Numbered from the stretch's first letter, positions 1 to 13,773 are shown. The stretch is 64,000 bases of DNA from Sminthopsis crassicaudata (GCF_048593235.1 NC_133618.1:556608465-556672464); one strand, 5' to 3'. A program made the numbers and translations. The notes: generated by a model from the sequence alone, not told the origin.

Positions 1-1307
1 TCATTGTCAAAGACCCACAAATATTAGAAGCCCTCAGAATGGATCTTCAATGGATAATTTATGGAAAGACATAAGTCTTGAGGTATAAGTACACTATATC
101 AACAAAGGGAGCTCTCATACAAATAAATGAGTTCATGGATCTCCCATTTAGAAATATAGAATTGTATAGGCCACACTCATACCCTATAAATCTGATTTGT
201 TTTGCATTTTAAAAATAATAAAATTTGTCAGAATGTTCAAACTTCATAAAATATTGGCACTTAGTAAAGCAGGAAGAGAAGCAATACTATGTCATCATTC
301 ATCAACATTCAATACCACTTATGATTTTTTTATAATTTGTGATTATAAATATGACACCTCATCTCTCTGTTCTTAAGCTTTTCAAATATATAAATATATA
401 TTCAAATATATCTTTAAGATATGAATAATAATACTAAACACCTACTTCACAAGTTTGTTGTGATGACCATGACATAATCTATTTTTAAAAACAATAACTT
501 TAAATATTGTAAGGAGTAAAATAATGTAGTTATGTTCAGGTAATAACAATAATTTTACTTGATATGAGCATATGTCAAGGAACTATGATTTTTGTGACTG
601 TCAGAATCCTATCCATCAATCGTCAACACAGAAACAACCTCCACAATTTAGCAGATGGATTTCGAAAGTTTCTCTAGCAAAAAAAAAAAAAAAAGAAAAA
701 AGAAAAAAAGAAAAGAAATTAAATGACTTACTACAAACAACTTAGTAATGACCCTCTCTACATTTTCCAACCTAAACTGATCCTTAAACATCAGACATCA
801 TCAAGCTCATAATCTGAAGGATTTCCAGGGGTTAAAGTTTTCCAAAGCTTCTGGACTCTTAAAGTTTGAGAAACCTGAGTCACCATCATATCTTGATGAA
901 TCACTGGAGTAAGATTTCATTAAAGGAGATAAGTTGATCCATTTGAAATACAATATCTTAAGAGTATTTACACTAAAAACTCGGTTTTACTTTTTTTGTG
1001 TATGAAGTCAAAATTTCTAGCTGGTTCAAAACCTTTTAAATTGCTTGCAATTTAGATGATCATTTTTGTTCAACTAGGAAGAGACAAGATTGGTACAAAG
1101 GTGTCTTTCTTTGGTTCAGCCTACTTAAATGAGCTTTAAGAGAGAGAATCAGCCTTGAAAACAAATTCAGTCCTTTTATTGATAACCTAAGCCAGGCTAC
1201 CTTATTGATGCTCATTTTATACTGAAATATAGATGTTTTTATAGCTTCCGTATGTAGCAATCATCATTTGAATAGCACTTCGATTGTTTATAAAGATCTA
1301 TCTAGAT

Positions 1308-1529
1308 TAGAGAATCTTAACCTCCAAGGGAAATTTGGAGAGATTTTAGGGAGTCTGTGAACTTGGATGGGGGAAAAATACATCTATATTTTCACTAATG
1401 TTGGATTTCCTTTGTAATCCTATGTATTTTATTTTATATATTTAAAAACATTATTCTGAGTAGGAATTCAGAGGTGTGACCACACTGTCAAAATGGTCCA
1501 TGATACAAAAAAAGGTGAAAAAAAACCTG
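1308..1529. mobile_element. Degraded hAT/Charlie-type MITE (marsupial non-autonomous DNA transposon)
   Basis: Ends resemble Charlie TIRs (TAGAGAATCTTAACCT ... AGGTGAAAAAAAACCTG). Internal GGTCCATGATACAAAAAAAGG motif is present, and the left flank ATCTAGAT matches the NTCTAGAN Charlie target preference. The right TSD is not recognisable. Confidence 0.5.
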
Positions 1530-1679
1530 GAGATAATTACTAAGATTAATCATTGAGGGATTGATCATATTGTAAATAAGTTCATTAAGACAAAAGAGCT
1601 AAAGGTGAATTAATATTTTGTTTAATTAATAATTACTTGTTTAATAATAATTATCTGTTGATGACATTGCTTTCAAAAG

Positions 1680-1795
1680 AATAATTGACTAGGAATTAAT
1701 AATCCTGTATCCTGGACCTGATTTGGTCACAAATTAATCAGGCAATCTTGGATAAGTCACTAAAATACTCGACTTCTATTTTTTCATCTATAAAC
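1680..1795 (+). mobile_element. MIR fragment
   Basis: Decayed core ...CTTGGATAAGTCACT...TTTTTCATCTATAAA. Confidence 0.4.
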
Positions 1796-1934
1796 TCATC
1801 CACCCCGTTAGGTTTCAAGCATCTAAGATATCCAACAAGAAATAAAATAATGCCTATAGATTTTTTTTCTCTACAAACTCAAGACTATGCCTGAATTAAA
1901 ATGTTACACATGTTTATTTTTTTTTGAAGTATGA

Positions 1935-2180
1935 ATCTGCGATTTCCCTGGCATGGGGAATTCCCAATATGGAAATTCTTTTTATTAATATAGATTACTC
2001 ACTGATCTAATAGCCTCTATCTGATATATAGAATGTTAATAATCTTAAAGAGTTATCTATGATACCAAGAGCTTAATTGACTTGCCTATGATCAAAAGCC
2101 AGTATGTTTCAAAGGAGGACATGAACCCATATCCTTCTAACTTCAAAGTTGGCTCTCTTTCCACTATAACATGCTTCTTC
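1935..2180 (-). mobile_element. MIR3-like CORE-SINE
   Basis: GATTTCCCTGGCATGGGGAATTCCC tail followed by the antisense core (ATTGACTTGCCTATGATC...CTAACTTCAAAG...TTTCCACTATA). Confidence 0.5.
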
Positions 2181-2623
2181 TTCCTTCCATAGAGAATACA
2201 ATACACAGTAGAGGATACTGTTATTTTTTTTGTTTGTTGTATCTAATTCATGCAATTCTTTTTATTTACTAGTGTTATGTTAATCGTGATTTTAAAAATC
2301 ACATAAATCAATTTAAATGTCTTAAATTATAACCCATTCTTTTGTTTTTATTATAACCATCAATCCAAAGAGGTGGTTAAATCATTTAATTTCTTTTTGT
2401 TGTTGTTGTTGTTTGGGGGGGGGGGTTATTTTTTCATTTACTTAAAACTTAGATGCAAAATAGAACATTTAATTTCTTGAATTAATGTAGAGATTTTTTG
2501 ATGAAAATAGTTTCTATGATAGATTTATGAATTAGTTTTTTACAGAAACCAGATTAATTTGTGTTCCAATGTAACACAGATAAATTGAGTGGAATTGGTA
2601 CCCACCAAGTTCCAAGGAACATT

Positions 2624-2664
2624 TTATATATGTATATATATATGTATATATATGTATGTATGTA

Positions 2665-2697
<33 letters not shown>

Positions 2698-2722
2698 ATA
2701 CACAGATAGAGAGAGAGAGAGA
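2624..2722. repeat. Compound (TA)/(TATG)n + (GA)n microsatellite
   Basis: Directly visible. Confidence 0.95.
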
Positions 2723-3594
2723 AGCAACAACCATTTTGATTTCTTCAAGTAATCTTTGACTAGTCTTTCCTATAGTTGTGTTATAATTTTAAGAATCCAT
2801 TATAATCAACAACAAATATACAATAACTGTGGAGAAGATTTTTGTGAGAGAGAATTAGAAAGATATGGTATATGTTTACAATCCTGGTGAAAGGAAAAGG
2901 TATTCTGAAAATAGAAAATGAGTTCCATTTCTTTAAACAGAAATATACATAAAATAGAACATAATAACATAATGACCCATATAATCTGCTGTGACTAGTT
3001 GGTATATTCCTACATCCAGTTCTTTGCTCAATAATTAATATTATGATTTATGATTTAGTTAATTATATGAACCTATACAGAAAGGGAATATAGGAAACTG
3101 GTCCCAGTCACTAGACTAGGTACAACTTCCATTATAATTTTAGTAATTTGATCCTGGACTCAGTTGAACTAATTTGAATCAGCCACTAAAGATTCAATCC
3201 CCATTTAATAAAGTTGAATTTCTTAACTTGCAAAAACTCTGGACTAAAATCTATAACAGCCTGTAGAAGGGTGACCAGCCAGGATCCCCTGGAACCTCCT
3301 GATTTATAAACATTCAACTTATAAAGGCCCCATAAATACAAACATATAAGTTGTCCCTAGTTATAGATCAATTTGGCCCCCACTACCTCAGAGCCATTGT
3401 GGAAAGAAGTGTGCTTTTTGTAGTTTTGCTTTATTTGTTTAAGAATCTTCAGTTTCATTGAAAAGGAAAAAGCTATTAAAAAAAAAAAAAAGTCCGCAAA
3501 GTTTAAGCTTACGTGAGATTAAACACTCTAACCCATTCAGCCCAATATGAATATTCTTTTGGCATATCATATTTCCTATGTCCAATTCTTTACT

Positions 3595-3895
3595 TGCTGG
3601 AACTCTATCTTCCCAGAAATCAGCAGGAGTCAGGATCACTAAATGTCTTTATTCTAGATCTTTACCGTCGCCTCCAACGCCAGGTCAGGAGTGCAAGTGA
3701 GCATGAGTTCCACCACCCAAGTTTCTCTTACTCCTCCCACACAAGTCACTTCCCCCTCTTTGTCCCACCAATCAAGTCAGCACAGAACAGCTGGGGAGGG
3801 TCAACCTTCAAACAAGTTAATAGGGAACCGTCCAATTGGCAATTAGTCTCACGTGCTTCATTATCCAAGTGCATTGCTCAGTTCTAGCCTTTACA
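3595..3895 (-). mobile_element. Solo endogenous retrovirus LTR, 301 bp, 6-bp TSD (ERV2/ERVK-like by TSD length)
   Basis: Minus strand reads TGTAAAGG...GTTCCAGCA (TG...CA ends). Perfect TSD TTTACT at 3589-3594 and 3896-3901. AATAAA lies about 55 nt from the 3' end. CCAAT, CACGTG and GGAAGTGA motifs and retained CpGs are present. Confidence 0.9.
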
Positions 3896-5076
3896 TTTAC
3901 TCATCAAGGAATTTTGTGATTTATAATTTGATTTCCTAGATGGACCCATCACCCAGAAGGGGAGTATACACAATGTTGCTGATCTACATAGTGAACCTCG
4001 TGCCCAAAAATATTCCCCCCATAGTCTGATCTTTTTTGCTTTGTAGCACTACTAAATTCAACCAATTAACAGAGAATTCTCTTTTTTTAATATCAAGTTC
4101 ATTGAACATTTTAAGCCAAATTTTTTGTGTGGATTAGTTGTATGAACTAATTTCCTCCACTAATATCTATCTCTAATTAAGTGCAAAGAGTTTTGTGAAT
4201 TTTTTTATCTGGTAGATTGAGAAGACATAGGGCATTTAGGAGAATATGTGAAGTCCCTTAAAGCTGTATAAAAATATTGAATACATGCCTGAAGGCTTAA
4301 GCACAAAAGCAATAGATAGTTTTAAAAATTAGAAAATTAAATAAAGAGAGCTATTCTTAAATCTGAATTTCCTTAGGGGCTGTAATGTACCCAGGAAAAG
4401 AGAAGAAAACTACCTTACTTTGCCTCTTTACTTTTATATATCTCAACTGCTTACTGTAAGAAGCAATAGATGTAGTATTATTCAGTTCAAAGAACAAAAA
4501 ATTTCCCAGTTTGACTGAAAAATACGATTCATAAGGAAAAATATTGTGAAATAAAACTGGAAAGGCTAAAGCACATATATTTCAGGCTAGATTGAGGAGT
4601 ATGTATTTTATCCTAAAGGTAACAAGGAGCTCTTGAAAGTTTTTAAAGGAAATAATGATGTGGTCTTGACAATTCTAGAGAATGGTAGCTCTCCCAAACC
4701 CAAGCAAACAGACCAATCTTGGACTCGTGCATATAGAACAAAAAATTGAAAATTGGGACTGACCGACCTAATATAAAGAGCTGGTTACATGTTCTTAAAG
4801 GAGAATTTGTTTCATGCAATTGAGGATCACTGTTTCTCTGAAACACGTGTAAATATGTCTACAAAAGCATCCATGGGATGAAAAATAACAGGAGCAAGAC
4901 TAAGTGTCAAAGTTGAAGAATTGCATAGGTTCACTCTGGAGAAAAAAATGGAAATCAGGGGTAGTTGCAGTGTAATCATCCTGATCCCTATAGAAACACC
5001 ATAATTCTGAAAGCCACAGAACATTATTTTTAATTTCCTTTTCTATTACCTTTTGGTTACTATCTCAGGAAAGAAA

Positions 5077-5083
<7 letters not shown>

Positions 5084-5147
<64 letters not shown>
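5084..5147. repeat. (TG)n microsatellite
   Basis: Directly visible, about 32 units. Confidence 0.97.
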
Positions 5148-5152
<5 letters not shown>

Positions 5153-7104
5153 CACTGACCTGGTAAATTTTTTAAAAGTACAAAAGTATGCTCCTCACTG
5201 TAAAATGAGAATTAGCATGCACAAAATTTTAATAAACACCAGTCCCACTGGGTAAATGACAGCAAGTTTATGTTTGTGGGTTTATTCTCCTGATAGGCCA
5301 CTGTTTACAGCAGCTCAGTAAGAAAAGCTTTCATTTCCCAGCAGAATTTTGTGTGAACAGACTGCAGGTCTGCAGAACTGTGTGTGGGTGGGTATGTAAG
5401 GTGTTAAGAAGCTATATATAGAAGACAGCTTTTTATCCTCTGTAATTCCAGTCCAAAATTCAAAGAACAGTGCAATGTACTTCACTTTACAAAACAGATA
5501 TGTTCATAAAAGTTGTTTCAGTACATCAACATTTTTATTTGTCAAATTATATTTAAATATAGAGAAATGTAACTGGTAAAAGAAGCTAGTAAGAGATTCT
5601 TTAATATTTCTAATCATCACTACCCTCAAATTTATCTATTTCTTTTACCTGATAGATTATTTTTAATATCAAGTATTCTTAAAGTAAGATATATCTGATT
5701 TTGAGGGAAAATTTAGTCCTTATATTATAACAAATAAATATTATTGTTAAATGTCATCCCTTTATCTACTTTAAAATTCACTGGTATCCCATGTAGAAAG
5801 TAAAACCTTATTAAATATTTATTCATCAGATTGTGAGTGAGTAGTCAGAATGTGGTCATTAAGACCATATATTGTTTGATTGCTATGATAACCAAAACAA
5901 CTAATCAACCAATTCATTTGTGCTTAATTATTTGTGTCATGTAGACATAGTTAATGACATTCAACCTTGGTCAAAGAGCAGCTGGCTGGGAGGCAGGAGT
6001 ACTGACTCCTGGTCTTATCTCTGTCATAAATTATTTTCTGTGTTATGAATAACCAATGTACTCTAAAGTAATATAGAGGAATTTCATACTATTTTAATGA
6101 CTGATTATTTTGGAGGAAATATTCCTTTATATTTTAATTATCTTTAATGATATTTATAAGATACAAATAATTTATTTTAATTACTTTCCTATTATTCCCT
6201 TTTTTTATATTTATAAACAACTTTTGCTTATTTCATATCTACATATGTATGCATACATGTTTGGATATGTGTATCATTTTTGTGGATTGAGTTCCTAGGG
6301 GGCAGCTGTTTCTCTCATAAGTTCTAGGATACTCTCTGAGTGGCTACTCCTATGACTGAAACTCACAACCTTCCCATTAACAATTATTCAATATGCACAA
6401 TTAGCTCTTAGCAAAAGAATTTCTAAAATACCATAGTAAAAATAGTAGCCACAAAGAATGTTTTCCAACAAACTTGGGACACATTCTCCCTCCAATACAC
6501 ACATGAGTAGAGTGGGCTCATACTTGAAGTATAATATTAACAAGCCATACCAATAGAATAAAAAAGGATAAAGAAAGCTTATAAATCCTGGATTTCAAAG
6601 TCAAGAAGTTCTCTCTATCTCTCTCTTTTTAGAGGGGTTAGAAAGCTACCTTTGGATGCAACATCTCTTTTGGAATGGTTATTAAATTGGGGTCCCACAG
6701 TTTATTCCTCTTCATAATCTAATTTTCTTTAATGATCCTTGGGAGTATTTTTGAAGTGGTCTCTCCCTCATCTGTCTGGATGGTATGACTCTACTCCCCA
6801 CTGGATGTACTGCCTCTTCAATGGGATCACATTAAAACTTTATGTGTGATTACATCAACTGAATTGGGGAGTGGAAATACATCGCACATCATATGCATAT
6901 ACATCACATAGGAGAGCATGTTTCTATACATGTCTACACATATATCTATATGAATATAGGTATGTGCATGTTATGTACATGTATATGTATGTATATATTA
7001 TGCATTATGGGACAGAATGTGTATTGAAAGATTCAGTTAAAAAACATCTAAGTTATGTTGTTGTCTACTAGTTTCAATTGTACCTGATTCTTCATGTTCC
7101 CGTT

Positions 7105-7275
7105 TCTTGACAGATATTCTGAAGCAGTTTTCCATTTTCTTCTCCAACTCATTTTTCAGAAGAGGAAACTGAAGCCAAAAGGGTTGAGTTGCCTGGGGAC
7201 ATATATGTTTGCTGCCAGATTTCAGCTCTGAGTTTTTCTGACTTCAGGCCTGGTGTTCTATCCACTGCTCTACCT
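7105..7275 (-). mobile_element. CORE-SINE (MIR/Mar1) fragment
   Basis: AGAAGAGGAAACTGAAGC...CTGACTTCAGGCCTGGTGTTCTATCCACTG (antisense core and tRNA-derived head). Confidence 0.6.
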
Positions 7276-8331
7276 AAATTCCTGAATCCAAGTGCTAGTC
7301 CCTCATCTAATATAAATTGATTATATGACCCTGGATAAGTTACTTAACTTTTCAGTGTCAAGGCAATTCTATGATTGTAAGTTTCAGAGATGCTATCTAT
7401 AATGTTATAAGATATCTCTCTGTGTCTCTGCCTCTCTGTGTGTCTCTCTATATCTCTCTGTATCTCCTTCCCTCCCTCTCTTTTTTCCTCTCAACCCTCC
7501 CTATATTTATGTATAGACACAAACACATCTATACACAAAAATGAGAGACTAAAATAATGATTAAGTTGATATCCTATCAATAAATTGATATCAATTGATA
7601 CCCTTTCAATAAATTGAAACTTTTAGATGAAGAAATTCTCCAGTGAAAGATAAAACTTAACACTTTCTCTGAAACTTAGAGTTTCCTAGAGCACTGAGAA
7701 ATTAGGTGATTTCCTAGGCTTATAATCATTGTATTATGCTACCCCTATTATATTCCATGGTAATTTTTTGCTGTGCACTATATTAGAAAACAGATGGACA
7801 ACCATGTATTACATTAAAAAATCTAGAGAAAGTTTTTTTAGTGTTGAGCTAATTCCCTGTGTAATATTCATTAAAGCAACAACATTGAAAAGAATCAAAT
7901 AAGATATGAGAAAGAAGGAGTAGCCCCCTTTCCCAAAGAAGGAATTACCCACAATACAGTAGGTAAACCATGGAGTTATCACTTATTTTAGAAAAATATG
8001 TGCAAACATAGTCATTTTGCCATAATGATTAAAGGCCACTCTCAGAGTCAAAAAGAACTTGGGTTAAAATTCCAACTCATATACATGCTGGCTATGTGAT
8101 TCTGGAATTCTGAGGACCCTTCCAAGGCTATATTTATGCTCTTAAGATCTTTATGACCACTTATCTCCCATAGTTATCTATTATTTGGACCTCACTATCT
8201 ACTATAGCAAATTTTCTTGCTGTAGAAGATGAAAAAATCAAATATTACATTAGCCCCTTCATGGCACTAAAGAGCTAGAAAAAAATTAAATCCATTGGAT
8301 TGATTCTTCATGAAGTATTAAATCAAAGATA

Positions 8332-8392
8332 TCATTCAATCAATAAACATTTATTAAGCACCTACTATGTGCCAGGTATTATGCCAAGGCAT
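8332..8392 (-). mobile_element. L2 3' terminus
   Basis: CATTCAATCAATAAACATTTATTAAGCACCTACTATGTGCCAGG, the reverse complement of the L2 tail. Confidence 0.6.
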
Positions 8393-9689
8393 ATGAATGA
8401 TAAGATTGGAATAAAATGAATGTATTTTATATATGAATACTATAAGAATGAAATATGAATAAGAAGATAAGAAAACAGGAAGGGTTTTCACTCTGTCCCA
8501 ATAAAGAAAATGACCATAGCATGCTAGAGAAATCATGATCATCAATGCAGCAAATATGACATATTTGGTGGTGGTGATTTTCTTATTGAATTAAGGAAAG
8601 TTTCCAAGCTGGCAAAGCAACCTTCTAATTTAAGAAGACTCTTTTAAAGAAATAGAGCTGTTGTGTAAAACCTCACTACAGTTCCTTCTTTTTTCACTTG
8701 AATAAACAGTCTTGACATCAGAATGCTAGAAATAAAGTAAATACTCCAGTTAGTTATTTTCCATTTACTTATATTCAGAGAGTTAGCAGCTGAGTTAAAT
8801 AGCACTAATGCATTCTTCTCACTCTAAATACATCAAAGAAAGAATGAAAAGGTATTGCTAAGTAAAGTTTTCAAAGCTTTTTTTTTGCTTTTTAGCTGCT
8901 ATTTAATGGAAATTACTGCCATCTACTCCATAGATTATCTTTATTAAAAAAATGAAAAAGTCCATTTGATGCTTTGTAGGGAATGACTTTGAGACACCTA
9001 AGTACTTTTATTCCAGGTGCTTCATAAAGGTGATGCCATGGGTTACTACTCTTAAGGTGGGGAGCCCACATTTGAATTTGATAGCTATGTAATGTCAGGT
9101 AAATATAATTTCTTCTAAGATTCTTCGAAGAAAATGTCTACTCTTCTCAGGTGCCAACATCTGCAGCCCTTACTTTTATGCTTTCATCTTTACAACAGTT
9201 TCCACCTTTAAACTTTTCTTAAATTCAAAAAGACTTTGTTTTAATTAATAAAGTCTAGAGTATTTGTCTAGCTTTTCCTTCCACCTCTCTAGGTATTCTT
9301 ATAATATGTTCTCTCATCCACCTACCTCCTGTGAATTTGTGGGTGGCTCCATAGCTACTAAAGTTCTGGGTCACATTGACCACCCTCATAGGTTCAAAAG
9401 CCATCTCACAAAAGTAATATAAATGTAACAATCCAAAGCCAAGTTTTTCCTCTTGGAGTTATCCCAGACAGCATTAGTTCTAGCAAAATTACCGAGTCCA
9501 ATGCTCCCCAACAGTTCAAATTTAGAAATGCTTCCAACCACAACCACTCTTAATGCAGATTCACTGAGAAAGTGTCACCATCTGACTGAGCTCCCAAGTA
9601 TGGGTTGCTATAACTACTGGTCTACATTTATGTAGCTCATTACTACTGAAAAAGTTGTGAAGATAATAATGATAAATAAGAAAGAAAAT

Positions 9690-9936
9690 AAACATTTAAT
9701 AAGCACCTGCTACATTTCAGACACTATGCTAAATTTCTTTTGTAAATATTATTTAATATGATTCACATAACAACCCTACATGGAAGGTACTATCATTATC
9801 CTCATTTTCCAAGTGACATAACTGAAGCAAATAGAGGTTAAGGACTTCTTCAAAGTCACACAACTAGTAAGTGTTTCAGGCTGGATTGGAACTCAGGTCT
9901 TCCTGACTTCAGATCTATGACTCTATTTACTATGAC
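9690..9936 (-). mobile_element. MIR (near full length)
   Basis: CATTTAATAAGCACCTGCTAC...ATTATCCTCATTTT...GAACTCAGGTCTTCCTGACTTCAG. Confidence 0.75.
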
Positions 9937-9948
9937 ATAGGATATGAT

Positions 9949-10130
9949 AGGAGGAGGAAGGAAGAGGAAGAGGAAGGAAAAGGAAAAAGAAGAGGAAAGA
10001 AGAGGGAAAGAGGAGGGAGGAGGAAGAAGAAAGGAGAAGGGAGAGGAAGAAGGGAGAGGAAGAGGGAGATGAGGAGGGAGAGGAGGAGGGAGAGAATGAA
10101 AAAGGGGGGAGGAGGACAAAGAGAAGAAGA
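9949..10130. repeat. GA-rich low-complexity polypurine tract
   Basis: 9949-10069 contains only A/G, and the tract stays purine-rich to about 10130. Confidence 0.95.
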
Positions 10131-10255
10131 TTCATCAGGTCATAAGAGAACTGAAGACTAATCCCAGTTACATTATATTCTCTACAAATACTGTATTGGA
10201 TTCAGACAAGATAAATGCAGAAAAAGAAAAAAATGTATATTCTGACCTTTATTAC

Positions 10256-10522
10256 TGTTGTAGTTGTGTTTGAATCATTTCAATCATGTCTAACTTTTTG
10301 TGATCCCATTTTGGGTGCCTTTTCTTGGCAAAGATACTGGAGCAGTTTGCCATTTCCTTTTCCACTTTCATTTTGCAAATGAGAACCTGAAGCAAACAGG
10401 AATGAAGTGAATTGCCCAATGTCACATATCTAGTAAGTTTTTGAGGCCAGATTTGATCTCAGAAAGATGAATCTTACTGACTTCAGGCCCAGTGCTTTTA
10501 ACCATTGCACAATTTAGCTGCC
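10256..10522 (-). mobile_element. Mar1-type marsupial CORE-SINE (RTE-derived tail)
   Basis: Antisense tail TTGGCAAAGATACTGGAGCAGTTTGCCATTTCC, core, and head ending TTTAGCTGCC. Confidence 0.8.
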
Positions 10523-10559
10523 ATCTATTACAGGAACATGAGTAATCGGTGAAAGAAAA

Positions 10560-10790
10560 AGAATAGACATTTATTAAGCACTTACTATGTACTCAAAATT
10601 ACAGAAAGAACTTTGCAAATAAATTGGATTGATCCTCACAATAATCCTGCAAGAAGGATGCTATTATTATTATCATCCTCATTTTACAATTGAGGAAACA
10701 AGTATGCCCAAGGTCATATAAGTGCCTGAGGCAAGATTTGAACTTGGGTTTTCCTGACTTCAGTTCTGCTATCAATTGAACTAGCCTCTT
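10560..10790 (-). mobile_element. MIR
   Basis: ACATTTATTAAGCACTTACTATGT...CCTCATTTTACAATTGAGGAAAC...CTGACTTCAG. Confidence 0.65.
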
Positions 10791-11553
10791 TAAAATTATA
10801 TATAAGCATTATACATACTTTTTTTATTAAAACAGTGGAAATTTAGCACCCCTTATGACACTCAGAAGGCTGATACAAAAGGCAATGAGTTGGAAACATG
10901 AAATTAGAAGAATCATATCTACATCTTCACTAAAGGATCTTTTTTTAACCCAAAGAAATTGTGCAAGATATGATAAACACTGATATCCCTGCAAAAGGTA
11001 GGGGAAAATTAAAGAAGCATTACTCCTGGACAAGTACATCGATTATGGCACTATGTGTGCAGTTAACATGGATTAAGGCTATTAATAGATTCAGTTTAGT
11101 GCCTTCTGGCAAAGCTCATTCTCAAATATTAAGACAACCTTTATTGTTTTTTATTTTATTTTTCTTGATTTATATTTTATCACTTTTATTAATCTTTTGT
11201 TTTTTTTTACATCACAATCTTTTCCATTTAAAATTTTCACTACAACCAAATGGACCTCCCTCTTCTAAAAGAGAAACAGCTACAATTCATCACTCTTAAC
11301 AGATTTCCCCATCTGTTTCTTCATGATACCATGGAAAGAACATTGAATTTGGAATATACCTGTTTTTAAATCCCAAATCCCAACCTTTTCAATTGTTAGT
11401 GTGGTAGAAACAATACTGTATTTGGAGTCTAAGAACTTCTGTTCAAATTTCAGTTTTGCCTCTACCTGGTGAGTTGGAGCAAATCACCTTACCTGAGTAT
11501 ACTCATCTATAATAAGAGAGTGATGGATCAGATATCTTCTAGGTTATTCTGGA

Positions 11554-11793
11554 GGGAACGTAGGTGATATAGTAGGAAAAGTGCTGAGCCTAGTCAGGAA
11601 GACCTGAGTTCAAATCCAACCTCAGATACCTACTAGCTGTATGATTACTGGGTGAATCACTTAACTCTCTTTGCCTTGGATTCTTCATCTGTGAAATGAT
11701 GTAGAGAAGGAAATGGCCAAAACCATTCCAGTATCATTGCCCAAAAAAATCCTAAATAGGGTCATGAACAAGTAGGTCACAACTGAAAAATAG
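11554..11793 (+). mobile_element. Mar1-type CORE-SINE
   Basis: tRNA-like head with B box GAGTTCAAATCC, core, and RTE tail GAAGGAAATGGCC...CCAGTATCATTGCC...CAACTGAAAAA. Confidence 0.8.
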
Positions 11794-13767
11794 AAGCTCA
11801 TTCTGGACTTGAAGCTCTAGAGGAAGAGCTGCTGAAAGGTAAAGAAATCAATATTGTGTGACCTTAAGTAAGTCACTGAAACTCTTTAAGTTTCCTAACA
11901 AGTAAAGTGATTGTTATTGATGACCTCTAATATCCCTTCTGCTCTAAATTTGTGAAATCAAGTCTCCTGAACATTTCTGCCTCCCAGAATTTTTTTATGC
12001 TTCTATTTGACTTTCCCTAAACATGTCTCATTTTCACTTCAAATGTGAGACTAAACCAAGTGGGTAGATGAAGTCTGTAATGTTAACCAATGAGGAAGCT
12101 AAGGATGATGGATCATTTGAACTAGCTGATCAAGTACCAACATTAAGTCCCTTAGCATTTTCCCTCATTACAATTGTACACATATGAACACTGGTTGCTA
12201 CAAAAGAAAACATTCCCGTGTATGATTTTTGCTAGTGGAAGGAGTTTCCCTAAGTATAATGGAAATATGGTAGATTATAGATCAGCGTAAGATATTGTGT
12301 TCTAAGTGAATTACAGGATTTTAAAATTGAAAGCAACTTTGATTTAAATGAAATTGTGTTGATAAAAGTGCTTTGCAAATCCCAAAGTACCATATAGATG
12401 TCAGCTGTTATTTTCTAACCTGTTCTCATTCTACAAATATGTAAAATAGGATGTAGGGAACTTAAGTGATTTGCCTATAGTCACAGAGCAGTTAAAGCCA
12501 GAACCAGGAATTAACCCCCCCCCAATCAGCATTCCAAGGCTTGTACCATTACACTCAACTGCCACCCATGAATTTTGGTTAATTTTCAAAATGTACCATA
12601 AGTTATCTCTATGTTATAAACAGAATAAACATAATAACACCTGGCCTCAAACAATTTTTAAAGAGGCCAATATTTTGTTTAACAACAAAAAAGGACAAAA
12701 TGACCTTTGAATCTCTTCTAACATCTGAATTCTTGAATCTTCCATACAAAACTTTATTATGTTGCAGAAAACATTTGTCCATAATATGACTCATTATGTC
12801 TATATCAATAGTAGGATCAGGGAGATTTAGGTCAATGAATCATTTTAATCCTGCTTTAATTTCTAAGACAGTATAATTCTGTTTGTGTCATTTTGAAGTA
12901 ATAAATATATTACTACATAATAAAACATTTTGTGATAAAGTAATATTTAATAAAAACAAATATAACATTGTGTTGCCTCAAAGAAAAACCAATTGCAATA
13001 TATATGTGGTAGAACTTAAAATCAGCAATTCTCTCAGGAGAGAATTTTTGGAGGGGAAAAATGTGACTAATTTTAGCAACAAAGTAGATTAAATATCTAT
13101 CATATTAGTCACGGAACTGACTTAGAAGAGGTCAAAAAGAAGCTCAAGATATTCATCCACCAGAGGTACAATAAAATTCAATCACACTTAAAATTACCAG
13201 TTTTCAAATCTTCAATAGGAGATTGAAACTTCTAATATGCACAGGAGGTATTTCTAAGCTGTGGCCAAATAAAAGAAGAAACATTTTAAGAGATCTACAT
13301 TTCATGAAAATCTTCAATGACAGCGGAAACAAATCATATGTTTAGAACTAGAAGGGACCTTGCACATCAGTGAGGCCCAGAGAGTTTAAATGATCTGTAC
13401 AAAGATAAACACAATTGACATTAGAACTTAACGTCTTTTAGCTCCAAAGCCAACTCTTGTTTCCTTGAGCCTCAGATTTTAGAGCAAAGATTTAGCAGGT
13501 CTCAAGAGTTAGGGGAGGTAATGGATTTCATGAATCATAGAAAAAGGAGGAAACAGTCCTCTTTTTAATTGTGAACTTAACGTGAACATTGTAATATTAA
13601 CAAAACAGAATGAAACTAATTTTTTGCATATAGAATTTGGTGGGACTTTTAAAATGCAAATTAAATTTAACTCAGTAGGAACAAACTACCCTGTTTTTTC
13701 CCCCCTCTCTTTCTGAACTTCCTTTTTTATGTAAAATACTTTGTTGATATTCTTTCCTTTATTTTCT

Positions 13768-13773
<6 letters not shown>

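Noticed and set aside
679-720. A-rich tracts (also 29916-29948 and 54999-55025) as possible retroposed tails
   Set aside because: There is no element body or clear TSD; treated as simple repeats.
3513-3887. 124-aa plus-strand ORF
   Set aside because: It mostly overlaps the antisense strand of the solo LTR, starts at a non-ATG codon and has no recognisable domain.
9856-10135. Pro/Ser/Phe-rich ORFs
   Set aside because: They are translations of the GA-rich tract and MIR.
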